This document shows, in pieces, positions 1-9,039 of a DNA stretch of 29,275 nucleotides (position 1 is the stretch's first letter; every line of letters begins with the position of its first letter). Both the position numbers and the translations under genes were made by a program. Below the pieces are notes generated by a model. The model was not told the origin of the DNA. It worked only from the letters and a program-made list of their open reading frames with translations, and did no database searches. Origin of the DNA: a virus (taxonomy: Duplodnaviria; Caudoviricetes); the IMG/VR virus record IMGVR_UViG_3300037424_001449, positions 1 to 29,275 of that record. The stretch is one strand, 5' to 3'.

Positions 1-150
1 CACTTCGTTGAACCGAAAAAATACATGCTGTCAAAATGCGGGCACTTCTGGCATGGAACGGCAGATTATCTTGACAGTCAGACCGATAAACGTAAATCGT
101 TTATATCTGATAGCGACAAGAAGAACGTGATGAGGTTGTTGAGAACATGA
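1..150 (+). CDS. 3' end of a hypothetical protein (partial, ...HFVEPKKYMLSKCGHFWHGTADYLDSQTDKRKSFISDSDKKNVMRLLRT*)
   Basis: Frame 1 is open from base 1 to TGA at 148-150, which overlaps the next ATG (ATGA coupling at 147). Not in the ORF track. Confidence 0.6.
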   Translation, partial: HFVEPKKYMLSKCGHFWHGTADYLDSQTDKRKSFISDSDKKNVMRLLRT

Positions 151-344
151 GCCAGAAATCAGAAAAGAAAATTCGACGCACGATTAAAGGCGCAATTGCA
201 AAAGTACAACTCGAAAAACAAGCAATTGTTTTAGAAGCCGTCGAAGAAGTTCAAAAACGAAATATCTTCTATCGAATATGGTTTTCTCTCAAGTTTGCAA
301 AAGCTATTATTTTTGTTGACAAAGATAAATTCGAGGTAAAATAA
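147..344 (+). CDS. Small basic hypothetical phage protein (65 aa)
   Basis: ORF track; GAGG upstream; ATGA overlap with the previous ORF. Confidence 0.65.
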   Translation: MSQKSEKKIRRTIKGAIAKVQLEKQAIVLEAVEEVQKRNIFYRIWFSLKFAKAIIFVDKDKFEVK

Positions 345-348
345 AGTC

Positions 349-609
349 ATGCCAATTCCTTCCGTTAAGACTGGAGAAGTTCAACAAGATTATGTCGAAC
401 GTTGTATGTCTGCGCTATTTGACGAGTACGCGGATGACGCACAAAGGGCAGCGATCTGTTATAATACTTACAGGGACACGAAGGCAGTTAAGGAGACTGC
501 GGGCGTTTTGGAGACTGCGGGCGTTTTGGAGACTGCGGGCGTTTTGGAGACTGCGGGCGTTTTGGATAGGATAAGTAAGGCGATATTGGAATGGAAATCA
601 AAGATTTAA
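349..609 (+). CDS. Hypothetical phage protein of the 'MPIP...ERCM...QRAAICY' type, with a 4x ETAGVL repeat
   Basis: GAGGT SD at 333-337. The N-terminal motif with two Cys resembles a small domain I recall from phage head modules (recall, not searched). Confidence 0.7.
   Translation: MPIPSVKTGEVQQDYVERCMSALFDEYADDAQRAAICYNTYRDTKAVKETAGVLETAGVLETAGVLETAGVLDRISKAILEWKSKI
493..564 (+). repeat. Four perfect tandem copies of 18 bp GAGACTGCGGGCGTTTTG
   Basis: Read directly: copies start at 493, 511, 529 and 547. Confidence 0.97.
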
Positions 610-1862
610 TTTATAAAACTGAAAAAGTCGACTGGCGGAAACTCAATTTTACTCAGCCGGATAACCTTAAAAAAACGAATAAGGACAGAATGAATAAATT
701 AAAAAAATCGTTGGTAAATAACGGTTTTGCGATGTCATTTTTTGTTTTTGAAAAAGAAGGGAAAATATTTGTCATCGACGGACATCACAGGCTTAAAGCA
801 TTGCAGGAATTATCAAATAAAGGATCGGAAATTCCAGATAAATTTACATGTTCGTTTTTGAAAGTTGAATCTGATAAACACATTAAGAAACTCGTCTTGG
901 CGTTTAATTCTCATTATGCGGAAATTGATAAAGACGGGTTGTTTGATTTTATAGATGATCTTGATATTGACGATGTGAAGGATGAATTCGAGTTCTTTGA
1001 GCTGGGATTTGATTTAAAAGAAGATAAAGAACGAGATGAATCAGAAGACGAGGTTCCAGATATTGAAGAAATTGCAAAATCAAAAACTGGAGAAATATGG
1101 TTACTTGGAAGTCATAGAATATTATGTGGAGATAATATAAACCTACATAGCTTAATGAATAGTAAAAAGGCCGACATCGTTTTTACAGACCCCCCGTATG
1201 GAGTCGCTATCGGGAGTAAAAACAAAATGTTAAATTCCTTCCAGCCTTCTGAAATGAATTTAAAGGAGATTAAAGACGATACCGCATCACCAGAAGAGCT
1301 GAAAGATATTCTGGTTCCAGCTTTTATAAATCTTCGAGAAAATTGCAAAGACGATTGCACATATTTCGTTACCGCACCGCAAGGAGGCGAGCTTGGAATG
1401 ATGATGATGATGATGATGAAAGAAGCTGGATTACTTGTTAGACATGTTTTGATCTGGAAAAAAAATCAACCAACATTCTCCATGAATCGTCTTGATTACG
1501 ATTATGAGCATGAGCCTATCCTGCTAACGTGGACAAGGAAACACAACTATTATGGCGAAGGTAAACATAAAACGAGTGTGTGGCAAATCGCAAAACCAAC
1601 AAAATCAAAAGAACATCCAACAATGAAGCCTGTTGAGCTGGTAGAGAACGCATTATTAAACAATTCAAGAAAAGACGATTTACTTCTGGATATTTATCTT
1701 GGTTCAGGAACGTCAATAATAGCAGCAGAGCAGACGGATCGGATTTGCTATGGTTCAGAAATTGAACCATGTTATATTGATGTCATAATTAAACGATGGC
1801 AAGAGTTTACAGGCAAAGAAGCGATAAGAGAATCCGATGGAGTTAAATTCAATGATCTCTAA
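591..1862 (+). CDS. ParB/Srx-like N-terminal domain fused to an N6A/N4C DNA methyltransferase (beta class)
   Basis: VIDGHHRL ParB motif; catalytic TDPPY precedes HPTMKPVEL and the SAM-binding DIYLGSGT; typical terminase-adjacent position. Confidence 0.92.
   Translation: MEIKDLIYKTEKVDWRKLNFTQPDNLKKTNKDRMNKLKKSLVNNGFAMSFFVFEKEGKIFVIDGHHRLKALQELSNKGSEIPDKFTCSFLKVESDKHIKKLVLAFNSHYAEIDKDGLFDFIDDLDIDDVKDEFEFFELGFDLKEDKERDESEDEVPDIEEIAKSKTGEIWLLGSHRILCGDNINLHSLMNSKKADIVFTDPPYGVAIGSKNKMLNSFQPSEMNLKEIKDDTASPEELKDILVPAFINLRENCKDDCTYFVTAPQGGELGMMMMMMMKEAGLLVRHVLIWKKNQPTFSMNRLDYDYEHEPILLTWTRKHNYYGEGKHKTSVWQIAKPTKSKEHPTMKPVELVENALLNNSRKDDLLLDIYLGSGTSIIAAEQTDRICYGSEIEPCYIDVIIKRWQEFTGKEAIRESDGVKFNDL
1398..1418 (+). 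repeat. (ATG)7 triplet run encoding poly-Met in the methyltransferase
   Basis: Read directly: GGA ATGx7 AAA. Confidence 0.95.
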
Positions 1863-1989
1863 ACTGTTCCCATTCGTTTTAATCGCTTTTGATATTTGTG
1901 CAGCATTAGTATATTTGTATTTTCAAGATTATAAAAAGGGGATATATTGGATAGCTGCTGCAACCTTAACTGTTTGTGTAACTATCTAA
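1852..1989 (+). CDS. Small two-TM membrane protein (45 aa, MISKLFPFVLIAFDICAALVYLYFQDYKKGIYWIAAATLTVCVTI)
   Basis: Hand-translated and below the ORF-track cutoff. GGAG at 1839-1842; fills the gap between the MTase and TerS; two hydrophobic segments. Confidence 0.8.
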   Translation: MISKLFPFVLIAFDICAALVYLYFQDYKKGIYWIAAATLTVCVTI

Positions 1990-1998
1990 ATATTAATC

Positions 1999-2358
1999 AT
2001 GGGCGCACCAAAAGGCAGCAAGAACGGAATTCCATACGACAGCGAAAGGGCAAGAGAGGCCGGAAAGAAATCCAAGCGTCCAAAAGACATTAAAACAATC
2101 GTAAAAGCAATTCTCCAGCGTAAACTTAACGGCCAGAATTCCCCGGAATACTGGAAGCAGTTACAAGAACGCCTTGGACTTCCAGAGGGGACAGATACGA
2201 TTGAAGGGCTTTTAGAAGCTCTTGCGATTCGCGGGATTAAGAACGATGCTTCATTAAAAATGTTCTTGGAGCTTGGGGGAATGATTAAGCCGGAGGATAC
2301 GAGTCAACTACCACAATTAAATATTCAAATCGGTTTTGATGATAAATCTCAATCCTAA
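1999..2358 (+). CDS. terS: Probable terminase small subunit
   Basis: Immediately upstream of and overlapping TerL; MGAPKGSKN...ERAREAGKKS start and beta-strand-like C-terminal tail (LNIQIGF). Confidence 0.72.
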   Translation: MGAPKGSKNGIPYDSERAREAGKKSKRPKDIKTIVKAILQRKLNGQNSPEYWKQLQERLGLPEGTDTIEGLLEALAIRGIKNDASLKMFLELGGMIKPEDTSQLPQLNIQIGFDDKSQS

Positions 2359-3562
2359 ATTCCCGCCTAAAACAAAGCTGCTATTTATTTCTAAAAAAAG
2401 ATATATTATTTTGTACGGAGGTCGCGGAAGTTCAAAATCCTGGACTATTGCGGCTTTCTTGATTTTTAAAGCGCTTGAAAAGCGTACAAGAATTCTTTGT
2501 ACGCGAGAAGTACAGGTTTCTGTTAAAGATTCTGTTTATAAGCTTTTAAAAGATACAATTGAAAGATATGGCCTTGAAGCGTATTTTAAATTAACATTAA
2601 ATTCTATCACTTGTGCCAATGGATCAGAGTTTATTTTTAAAGGTCTTTGGAATAATGAGCAAAACATAAAATCAACTGAGGGAATTAATTATTGTTGGGT
2701 AGAAGAAGCGCAAAGTATATCTAAAGCTTCGATGCTGACGCTTACGCCGACGATTAGAAAAACAGGATTACAATTATCACAATTAATTTTTAGTTACAAT
2801 CCGACTAATAATAGTGATACAATTCATAAGGATTATACTATTCCAACATTATTAGGTAAACGTAACGATTGCGAACTCATTGAAATAAATCATTCAGATA
2901 ACCCATATTTTCCATTAGAATTAAAATCAGAAATGGAATATGATCGGCAAAATGACTATAATATGTATCTGCACGTCTGGGAAGGTCAATGCGTAGTACA
3001 TTCAGACGCACAGATTTTTAATGGTAAGTTTGAAGTTGCAGATTTTGAGACTCACGATAAGGTTGAATTCATGTTCGGTCAAGACTTTGGAGCCGGGCCA
3101 GACCCTATGTCTCTTATCCGGGGTTATGTTTATGACGACTGCCTTTGGATAGATCAGGAAAACTATGGCTTTAAGGTCGATATAGAAGAATATGACAAAT
3201 TTAATGACATGGTTCCGGAATCAAGAAAGCATAAAATTATTGCTGACAATGCACGGCCTGAGTCTATTCGATATTTACGCAACAAAGGGTTTTTTATTGT
3301 TCCGGCGAAAAAAGGAGCTAACTCTGTTATTGAAGGCATACAGAGGATAAGGAAATTTAAAAAGGTAATAATTCATGGCCGTTGTAAACATACAGCAGAT
3401 GAATTCAGATATTATCAATATAAAACAGACAAAAGAACAGGCGAAATTTCCGGGATACCGGAAGATAAAAATAATCATTGTATCGATGCAATTAGGTATA
3501 TGACTGAAGATTTGATCCTTGGTAAACGCAAAAAACCATCTATCCGCCAAGTTTCAATTTAA
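2336..3562 (+). CDS. terL: Terminase large subunit, PBSX family
   Basis: Walker A YGGRGSSKS, CTRE, Walker B WVEEAQ, motif III YNP, nuclease motifs GQDFG, IADNARPE and NHCIDAIRY. Confidence 0.97.
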   Translation: MMINLNPKFPPKTKLLFISKKRYIILYGGRGSSKSWTIAAFLIFKALEKRTRILCTREVQVSVKDSVYKLLKDTIERYGLEAYFKLTLNSITCANGSEFIFKGLWNNEQNIKSTEGINYCWVEEAQSISKASMLTLTPTIRKTGLQLSQLIFSYNPTNNSDTIHKDYTIPTLLGKRNDCELIEINHSDNPYFPLELKSEMEYDRQNDYNMYLHVWEGQCVVHSDAQIFNGKFEVADFETHDKVEFMFGQDFGAGPDPMSLIRGYVYDDCLWIDQENYGFKVDIEEYDKFNDMVPESRKHKIIADNARPESIRYLRNKGFFIVPAKKGANSVIEGIQRIRKFKKVIIHGRCKHTADEFRYYQYKTDKRTGEISGIPEDKNNHCIDAIRYMTEDLILGKRKKPSIRQVSI

Positions 3563-3564
3563 TC

Positions 3565-3584
3565 CTTGACAAAATACAAAACAT
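3565..3584 (+). promoter_or_regulatory. Upstream motif CTTGACAAAATACAAAACAT with a -35-like TTGACA
   Basis: TTGACA at 3566, 35 nt before ATG 3601; 18/20 identical to 20669-20688; no canonical -10. Confidence 0.5.
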
Positions 3585-3600
3585 AAATAAACAAAACGAA

Positions 3601-4911
3601 ATGTCATTTGACCTCGGCAATGCCGGAAGAAACATTCAATACACAAAACGCGCCGACTCAATGCAAAGCGATGCCGCCGGGAATGATCGAATATCAATAC
3701 CATATTCTTATTTTTCATCAGTATTGCATTATCATAAAAATCATCATATCTGGCACGAGAAAATAACCCAGGTTGGCGGAACTACTCCAACGTCTGTATT
3801 GATGGATTATGAACCGTCTGTACTAATGACTTGTCCATCCCCAGGTGACGAAATTATTAGACAATCACCACCATGGCCATATCAGGCCGGAAATTCACAG
3901 CTTGCGGAGATCACCGGGCTTCTTGATACATCAGAAGGTTCAGAATCGGAAATGGGCTATTGTGACGGAGAAAATGGGTTAAGAGTAATAAACAGAGTAG
4001 ACGGAAATACTTATATCGAATTATTATCAATGGTTTCCGGATCACTTAAAATCAGAAGGGCAGCGCAAGTTAAAGACGTTATAACAAATTTACCTGACTT
4101 CGTATCTGAGATATGGAATATTGATTCTTTTACAGACAGAAAAGATCATCCGAATCCGTCGAAGGTAAAACTGGATTTCGCGAATGCTCAGATTTTAATT
4201 ATAGATTTATTGTACCTTGCTCTTGGCAGGGCGCGTGTAGGATTCCAACACTCAGGAGTCCCGTATCCAGCGCATCAATATGTAAACGACAATAAATATT
4301 CATCGCCTTATATGTCACGGGCGATGTTACCTATAAGATATCGATTAAAAAACGTGTCGTCACTTGTTCCGGTGTCAATGAAGGCGATTTGCTCTACGGT
4401 TAAATCAGAAGGCGGTTCGCAGATTTTCGGATTTAGTCAGGTTGCAAGATCTGGGGACGTTATCGCATTATCAGGCGTCAATACTCCGGTTGTATCTGTA
4501 AGGCCACAACTCAGCTATCAAGGCAGACCATTTAGGGGTATCATTATTCCGATAGAATTTAAACTGATTGTTTTTGGCAATGTTTCTGTGGAATGGCAAT
4601 TAATTCATGGCGGCGTTATCACAGGTGGGGCGTGGACGGATATAGCAACAGGTGGAAATGAAATGCCTTCGTGTAGCCAACAAAACATAACAGCAACATC
4701 TATTAACACAACGGGTCATACCCATGATTCAGCATATGCATCCGGTGATGTAAAGGGGTCGACACACAGCGGGGGTGAAACAGTTACAACATCTGTCATG
4801 TTATGGACTGGTCCGGATGTCACAGAGCAAACGCCCTATACATTAACATGCGCAGGCATTGGCGGCAACGCAACAGTAAGAGGGACAATTAAAGTCGGAG
4901 AGGTATATTAA
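3601..4911 (+). CDS. Beta-rich putative virion accessory protein inserted between terL and portal
   Basis: Motifs DAAGNDRISIP, RQS..WPYQAG, AQILIIDLLYLALGRARVGF and YMSRAMLPIRY resemble a widespread uncharacterised phage family (recalled as 'DAFGRLRVS...WLGVG'); function unknown. Confidence 0.75.
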   Translation: MSFDLGNAGRNIQYTKRADSMQSDAAGNDRISIPYSYFSSVLHYHKNHHIWHEKITQVGGTTPTSVLMDYEPSVLMTCPSPGDEIIRQSPPWPYQAGNSQLAEITGLLDTSEGSESEMGYCDGENGLRVINRVDGNTYIELLSMVSGSLKIRRAAQVKDVITNLPDFVSEIWNIDSFTDRKDHPNPSKVKLDFANAQILIIDLLYLALGRARVGFQHSGVPYPAHQYVNDNKYSSPYMSRAMLPIRYRLKNVSSLVPVSMKAICSTVKSEGGSQIFGFSQVARSGDVIALSGVNTPVVSVRPQLSYQGRPFRGIIIPIEFKLIVFGNVSVEWQLIHGGVITGGAWTDIATGGNEMPSCSQQNITATSINTTGHTHDSAYASGDVKGSTHSGGETVTTSVMLWTGPDVTEQTPYTLTCAGIGGNATVRGTIKVGEVY

Positions 4912-4912
4912 T

Positions 4913-6367
4913 ATGAACAACAGAGGTTTTACGGTAATAGACGCAACAGAACTTTTCAATATTCATGCGAAAGATAAAAGAGGCAATCGTCATCAAGTCA
5001 AAATTGACAATAAATATATCGGCTTATCATATCTTGATAAATTAATGATGTATGAAAAATGTCCTCCTGTTCTCGGCGTTGTAACGTCACGAGCAAATAG
5101 AATGTCGACGCTTGATTACTCAGTTGTGCCAATACGACAAGATGAAGACGAGATATATTCTGATCTAAAAATTCACAAAGAAATATTTGAGGAGAATAGT
5201 CAAGGGAATTTATTTTCACTCGGGAAACGTATAAGGGCATATCATGAAATCAGAAAATATCTGACAGACGTATTTCCTGACCTTTCAAACTTCGATGCCT
5301 CTCTAAAAAGATGGGCGAGATCAATAAAAATACAAACCGGACATTCAGCCGCAGAAATTGAAGATTTTTTTGCAAGACCAAATCCCAACATGTTATGGAG
5401 TGAATTTATAAAAATTATTACTCAAGATTTACTTGTACATGGAGCCGTGTCAATTTACAAAGCAAATTCAAATCTTTATATTTTGCCAGGCGGTTCAGTT
5501 TACCCAATAAAATCAAAATATGTTGGTGGCCCATCTGGATTTGTCCAGATTCCATTATATGGAGACCAACCACAGTTATTTTTTTCCGATGAATTGGCAT
5601 ACGCTCAATATATGCCAAACTCAAACAAGACACTTGGTATATGTCCGCTTGAAGCGTTAACAAATCTTGTCGCGGAGAATCTATTATTTTCAGAGCTTAT
5701 GGCTAGTCGTGCCGATGGATCTGAATCTCCAAAAAAAATAATTGTATTTGGAGAGCCTCAATCAACAGGAGAAGCCCAGGATAATGACGCAACGTCTGTG
5801 CCTATTGATACTGATGAACAAATCAGAATGGAAAAATTATTAAATAAAGAGCAGAAAAACAAAGCTGTAAAAATTATTACTGGTTATGGGACTCCTGCGA
5901 TTCTTGATTTATCAAAGGCCGATACTATCCCGACACAACTTGAGAGACAAAATAAAATAGATCAATATGTCGCAATGGTATTCAATGCGTCGAATGCCGA
6001 AATCAATCAAACAGGCGGTGACGGCACAAGCGGAAGAAGTACAAGCGAGAGCCAGGAGCGTGCAGATAACTCAAAAGGAATTTTTCCTTTTGTACGAATA
6101 ATCGAGGAACTTTTTACACACCAAATTATTCCTTATAAATTCGGATACGGCTGGCGCATGAAATTTGAACAGCCAATGTCTACACAGGAAAAAATTGATA
6201 TATCTACGAAAAAAGTTCAAAGCGGATTATTCGACGTAAATGAGGTCAGAGTCGAAGATTGGAATAAAGAAGCCTATCCGGAGCCGCAATATGATAGGCC
6301 GCAAACTGCACAGCCACAGCAACCGGCATCAGCTAACGACATTGCGAGTCTACTTAATCAAAGATGA
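4913..6367 (+). CDS. Portal protein
   Basis: Position; RPNP..WSEF..IITQDLLVHG, LGICPLEAL, FDVNEVR motifs typical of HK97/PBSX-like portals. Confidence 0.9.
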   Translation: MNNRGFTVIDATELFNIHAKDKRGNRHQVKIDNKYIGLSYLDKLMMYEKCPPVLGVVTSRANRMSTLDYSVVPIRQDEDEIYSDLKIHKEIFEENSQGNLFSLGKRIRAYHEIRKYLTDVFPDLSNFDASLKRWARSIKIQTGHSAAEIEDFFARPNPNMLWSEFIKIITQDLLVHGAVSIYKANSNLYILPGGSVYPIKSKYVGGPSGFVQIPLYGDQPQLFFSDELAYAQYMPNSNKTLGICPLEALTNLVAENLLFSELMASRADGSESPKKIIVFGEPQSTGEAQDNDATSVPIDTDEQIRMEKLLNKEQKNKAVKIITGYGTPAILDLSKADTIPTQLERQNKIDQYVAMVFNASNAEINQTGGDGTSGRSTSESQERADNSKGIFPFVRIIEELFTHQIIPYKFGYGWRMKFEQPMSTQEKIDISTKKVQSGLFDVNEVRVEDWNKEAYPEPQYDRPQTAQPQQPASANDIASLLNQR

Positions 6368-6543
6368 TAGATTCAACAGATTCAACACAAATAGAATCTT
6401 TAAAAAATCAAAAACAATTTTCAATTGATCTTGTATCGTTTTATAAAGTTTTACAAGACGACATGATACGACTAATTAAAAAATCGGAGCGTGAAAAATG
6501 GACAACAGAGCAGTTAATAAAAGAATTAGAAAACCTGATATAG
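6364..6543 (+). CDS. Small helical hypothetical protein (59 aa, MIDSTDSTQIESLKNQKQFSIDLVSFYKVLQDDMIRLIKKSEREKWTTEQLIKELENLI)
   Basis: Hand-translated; ATGA overlap with the portal stop; just under the ORF-track cutoff. Confidence 0.7.
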   Translation: MIDSTDSTQIESLKNQKQFSIDLVSFYKVLQDDMIRLIKKSEREKWTTEQLIKELENLI

Positions 6544-6692
6544 GCTATAAAATTGAGTTGAAAAAATTACATCAAAAAGGATATAAGAAAGATATTGCTA
6601 TTCGTTTCGTAAATTTTCTTGGTGTTGAGAAAAGAGAAACAATAATATACTTCGCAGATAAATTATGGGCGCCTACGAAAAAGCTTTGTTAA
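6498..6692 (+). CDS. Possible small hypothetical protein (start uncertain, possibly TTG at 6558)
   Basis: ORF track; fills the gap before the head morphogenesis gene but overlaps both neighbours. Confidence 0.35.
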   Translation: MDNRAVNKRIRKPDIGYKIELKKLHQKGYKKDIAIRFVNFLGVEKRETIIYFADKLWAPTKKLC

Positions 6693-7444
6693 AAGATAAA
6701 TTCGGCTGGAAAGGTGAAAAATATCGCGGACTTATCGGGAAGATAATTTCAGAAAATTATCAGAAAATAAGTAACTCTGTATTGACGACAGATAAAAGAC
6801 GATTTGCAAAAGACGTTCAAAATATTTTACCAAAAAGAGACGAGAAAAAAGCAGTTATTCCGGATGTATCGAATATTATAAGACGTTCACCTACAATTAG
6901 GAAGGCTGCCGATAGAGGCAAGCTTCTTGAGGTCTCAATGAGAGAAGAGCTTCGTAAAATCGTAAAACGTGGTTTGTTGTCTCAAAACGTGACAACAACA
7001 ACCGGGACAGTGAGAAAAAATATATCAAAGGCAATAGAAAAAGAAATGAATAATTACTTTGAAGGATATACTAAAAAGCATCCAAAATATGGAATGCCGA
7101 AAAATATTCATGCGATTGCGGTTACAGAGTCAAGAAGCGTTATAAATCAAATACGTAATGAATATCTTAATAAAGCGTTGGCAGATAACCCAGAAATAGA
7201 AGCCATAAAAATCTGGAAGCATAACGACTCAATGTCAATCACTGCTCGTTTCGGGCATAAAAAAATAGACGGACAAAAAAGAAAATTTAATGAGCCTTTT
7301 GATATTCCTATTTATAAAATAATAAAAGGACGACCTGTTTTCATAAAAACAATCCAGGCAGATCATCCGCATGATAAAAGATTACCCGCTGAAGAAGTTA
7401 TTACCTGCAATTGTGAAGCTGTCTATAAATTCGTAAAAAAATAA
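6665..7444 (+). CDS. Head morphogenesis protein (SPP1 gp7/Mu gpF-like)
   Basis: IAVTE, KIWKH, R.GH..IDGQ....NEPF, HPHD..LPAEEVITCNC motifs; lies after the portal. Confidence 0.88.
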   Translation: MGAYEKALLKDKFGWKGEKYRGLIGKIISENYQKISNSVLTTDKRRFAKDVQNILPKRDEKKAVIPDVSNIIRRSPTIRKAADRGKLLEVSMREELRKIVKRGLLSQNVTTTTGTVRKNISKAIEKEMNNYFEGYTKKHPKYGMPKNIHAIAVTESRSVINQIRNEYLNKALADNPEIEAIKIWKHNDSMSITARFGHKKIDGQKRKFNEPFDIPIYKIIKGRPVFIKTIQADHPHDKRLPAEEVITCNCEAVYKFVKK

Positions 7445-7482
7445 TTGCAAAAAAACAAGGGGCAGTTAAAGGGGTAAACACA

Positions 7483-8424
7483 ATGTCAAAATCAAATACA
7501 TCTGTAATAGATAAAAAGACTTTTAAGTTTTTATTCCATCCTTGTAATCCTGTCACGAAAGAAATTATAAGAGACGGCGGGGAAAACTCAATTGACAGAG
7601 AAGACGGAAAAAACAAGTACTTGGTAGGCATTACATCCGGGATGTCAACAGATTATCACGGTGATAGAATGTCGAAAGAGGCTATTGAGGACATGGCATC
7701 TCAAGCACTCGATAAAGATATTACACTTTATGCAAATCATAACAAAGATTATAACCGAGCAATCGGGATAATGACAAAAGCGGAAGTGACACAAAATGGC
7801 GAGCTTTATTGTGAGTACCGTTTATGGAACGATGAAGACGGCGTACCTCAGCAAGAATATGAAGACGCTCAGCATATCTGGAAAATGATAAATGGCATAA
7901 AGCCATATACAAAAAAAAGACAATTCGGGTTCTCGATTGAGGGTTATATCCGGGATAACGATATTGAAAAAACAGCATCCGGAAAACTTATTAAAAAAGT
8001 CGACCTCGATCCTGGTGTTTCTCTCGTTACAAAACCAGCATACAATTATTCCGTTGCGTCTGCAATAATGAAGTCAATTGACGCAAATAAAACACAAAAA
8101 GGCATATTAGATACAACAATAGATCAATCAAAACAGATCAGTACATTTTACGAAGATAGGTGGGAAATTGAAGACGCAAAAGGCACGGCAGAAAGAGCCG
8201 TTATCGAAGCAGAAAAAACACCTCAAGAAAAACAGGCTTTATTGGAAGAGATTTACGAAGATTATAAAATGAAAATGCTGGCACTTTATGCAAGAGTCGA
8301 ATATAAAGACCCTTATGATAAGTCAACCGCACAGATCGTAAATTCTCCGGGATTAGTCAAGAGCTTTAAAAAAGCAATAGATGAAATTGGCGTCCTGAAG
8401 GCAACAATCAAGAAACTAAAATAA
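7483..8424 (+). CDS. Prohead (maturation) protease
   Basis: DYHGDRMS, ANH (catalytic His), GFSIEG (catalytic Ser), VSLVTKPAY; SD AGGGGT. Confidence 0.88.
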   Translation: MSKSNTSVIDKKTFKFLFHPCNPVTKEIIRDGGENSIDREDGKNKYLVGITSGMSTDYHGDRMSKEAIEDMASQALDKDITLYANHNKDYNRAIGIMTKAEVTQNGELYCEYRLWNDEDGVPQQEYEDAQHIWKMINGIKPYTKKRQFGFSIEGYIRDNDIEKTASGKLIKKVDLDPGVSLVTKPAYNYSVASAIMKSIDANKTQKGILDTTIDQSKQISTFYEDRWEIEDAKGTAERAVIEAEKTPQEKQALLEEIYEDYKMKMLALYARVEYKDPYDKSTAQIVNSPGLVKSFKKAIDEIGVLKATIKKLK

Positions 8425-8436
8425 CAAGGAGACAAA

Positions 8437-9039
8437 ATGAATCTTGAAGAATTAAAAACGATTCTGACGGATATTGCATCTTCTCTTGAATCTGTACTTC
8501 AGGCATTATCGTCAGGAGACCAGGCAGGAGCAGAAGCCCCGGCAGAATCATTAATGGAATCTGTAAAACAATTTAAAGAAGCCATTAAAAAAGCAGAAGA
8601 TCAAGACCCAACGCCAGAAGGCGCGCCTTCAGATCAACAGGCTCCAGAACCAGGCAAGGAAACAGAAACTACCCTTTCGATTACAATGAAAGAAATTCTG
8701 AATTTACTTAAAAGCCAGAAAACTGAAAAATCAGTTCTGGCAGAACATAAAGTAAATAAAGACATTTCCGAAAGAATTGAAAGAATTGAAAAAGGTTTTG
8801 AAGAAATGCTCAAAGGTTTTGGAATTAAGGAACAAGAGCAACAACCAGCGAAGAAAACCTTCAAGGGCTTAAATAGCCAGGATGGTCAAGGCGCGGTTCT
8901 TGATATGCTTGTGGAACTTTTGATTGAAAAAAGCGAAGGCAAAACAAGCCAGGTAGTAGCAGGATCAAATCCGATTCGTAAAAATGTCGGGCAAATCGCG
9001 GAAGGCTTAAAAGCTCTTGCAAACGGGAGGACACGATAA
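8437..9039 (+). CDS. Probable capsid scaffolding protein
   Basis: Charged coiled-coil and low-complexity sequence between protease and capsid; SD AGGAG. Confidence 0.7.
   Translation: MNLEELKTILTDIASSLESVLQALSSGDQAGAEAPAESLMESVKQFKEAIKKAEDQDPTPEGAPSDQQAPEPGKETETTLSITMKEILNLLKSQKTEKSVLAEHKVNKDISERIERIEKGFEEMLKGFGIKEQEQQPAKKTFKGLNSQDGQGAVLDMLVELLIEKSEGKTSQVVAGSNPIRKNVGQIAEGLKALANGRTR

Noticed and set aside
392-574. Alternative-frame ORF with RLRAFW repeats
   Set aside because: Shadow reading of the 18-bp repeat inside the better-supported 349-609 gene.
2336-3562. Intein or intron in the terminase
   Set aside because: 408 aa is a normal PBSX TerL length with contiguous motifs.
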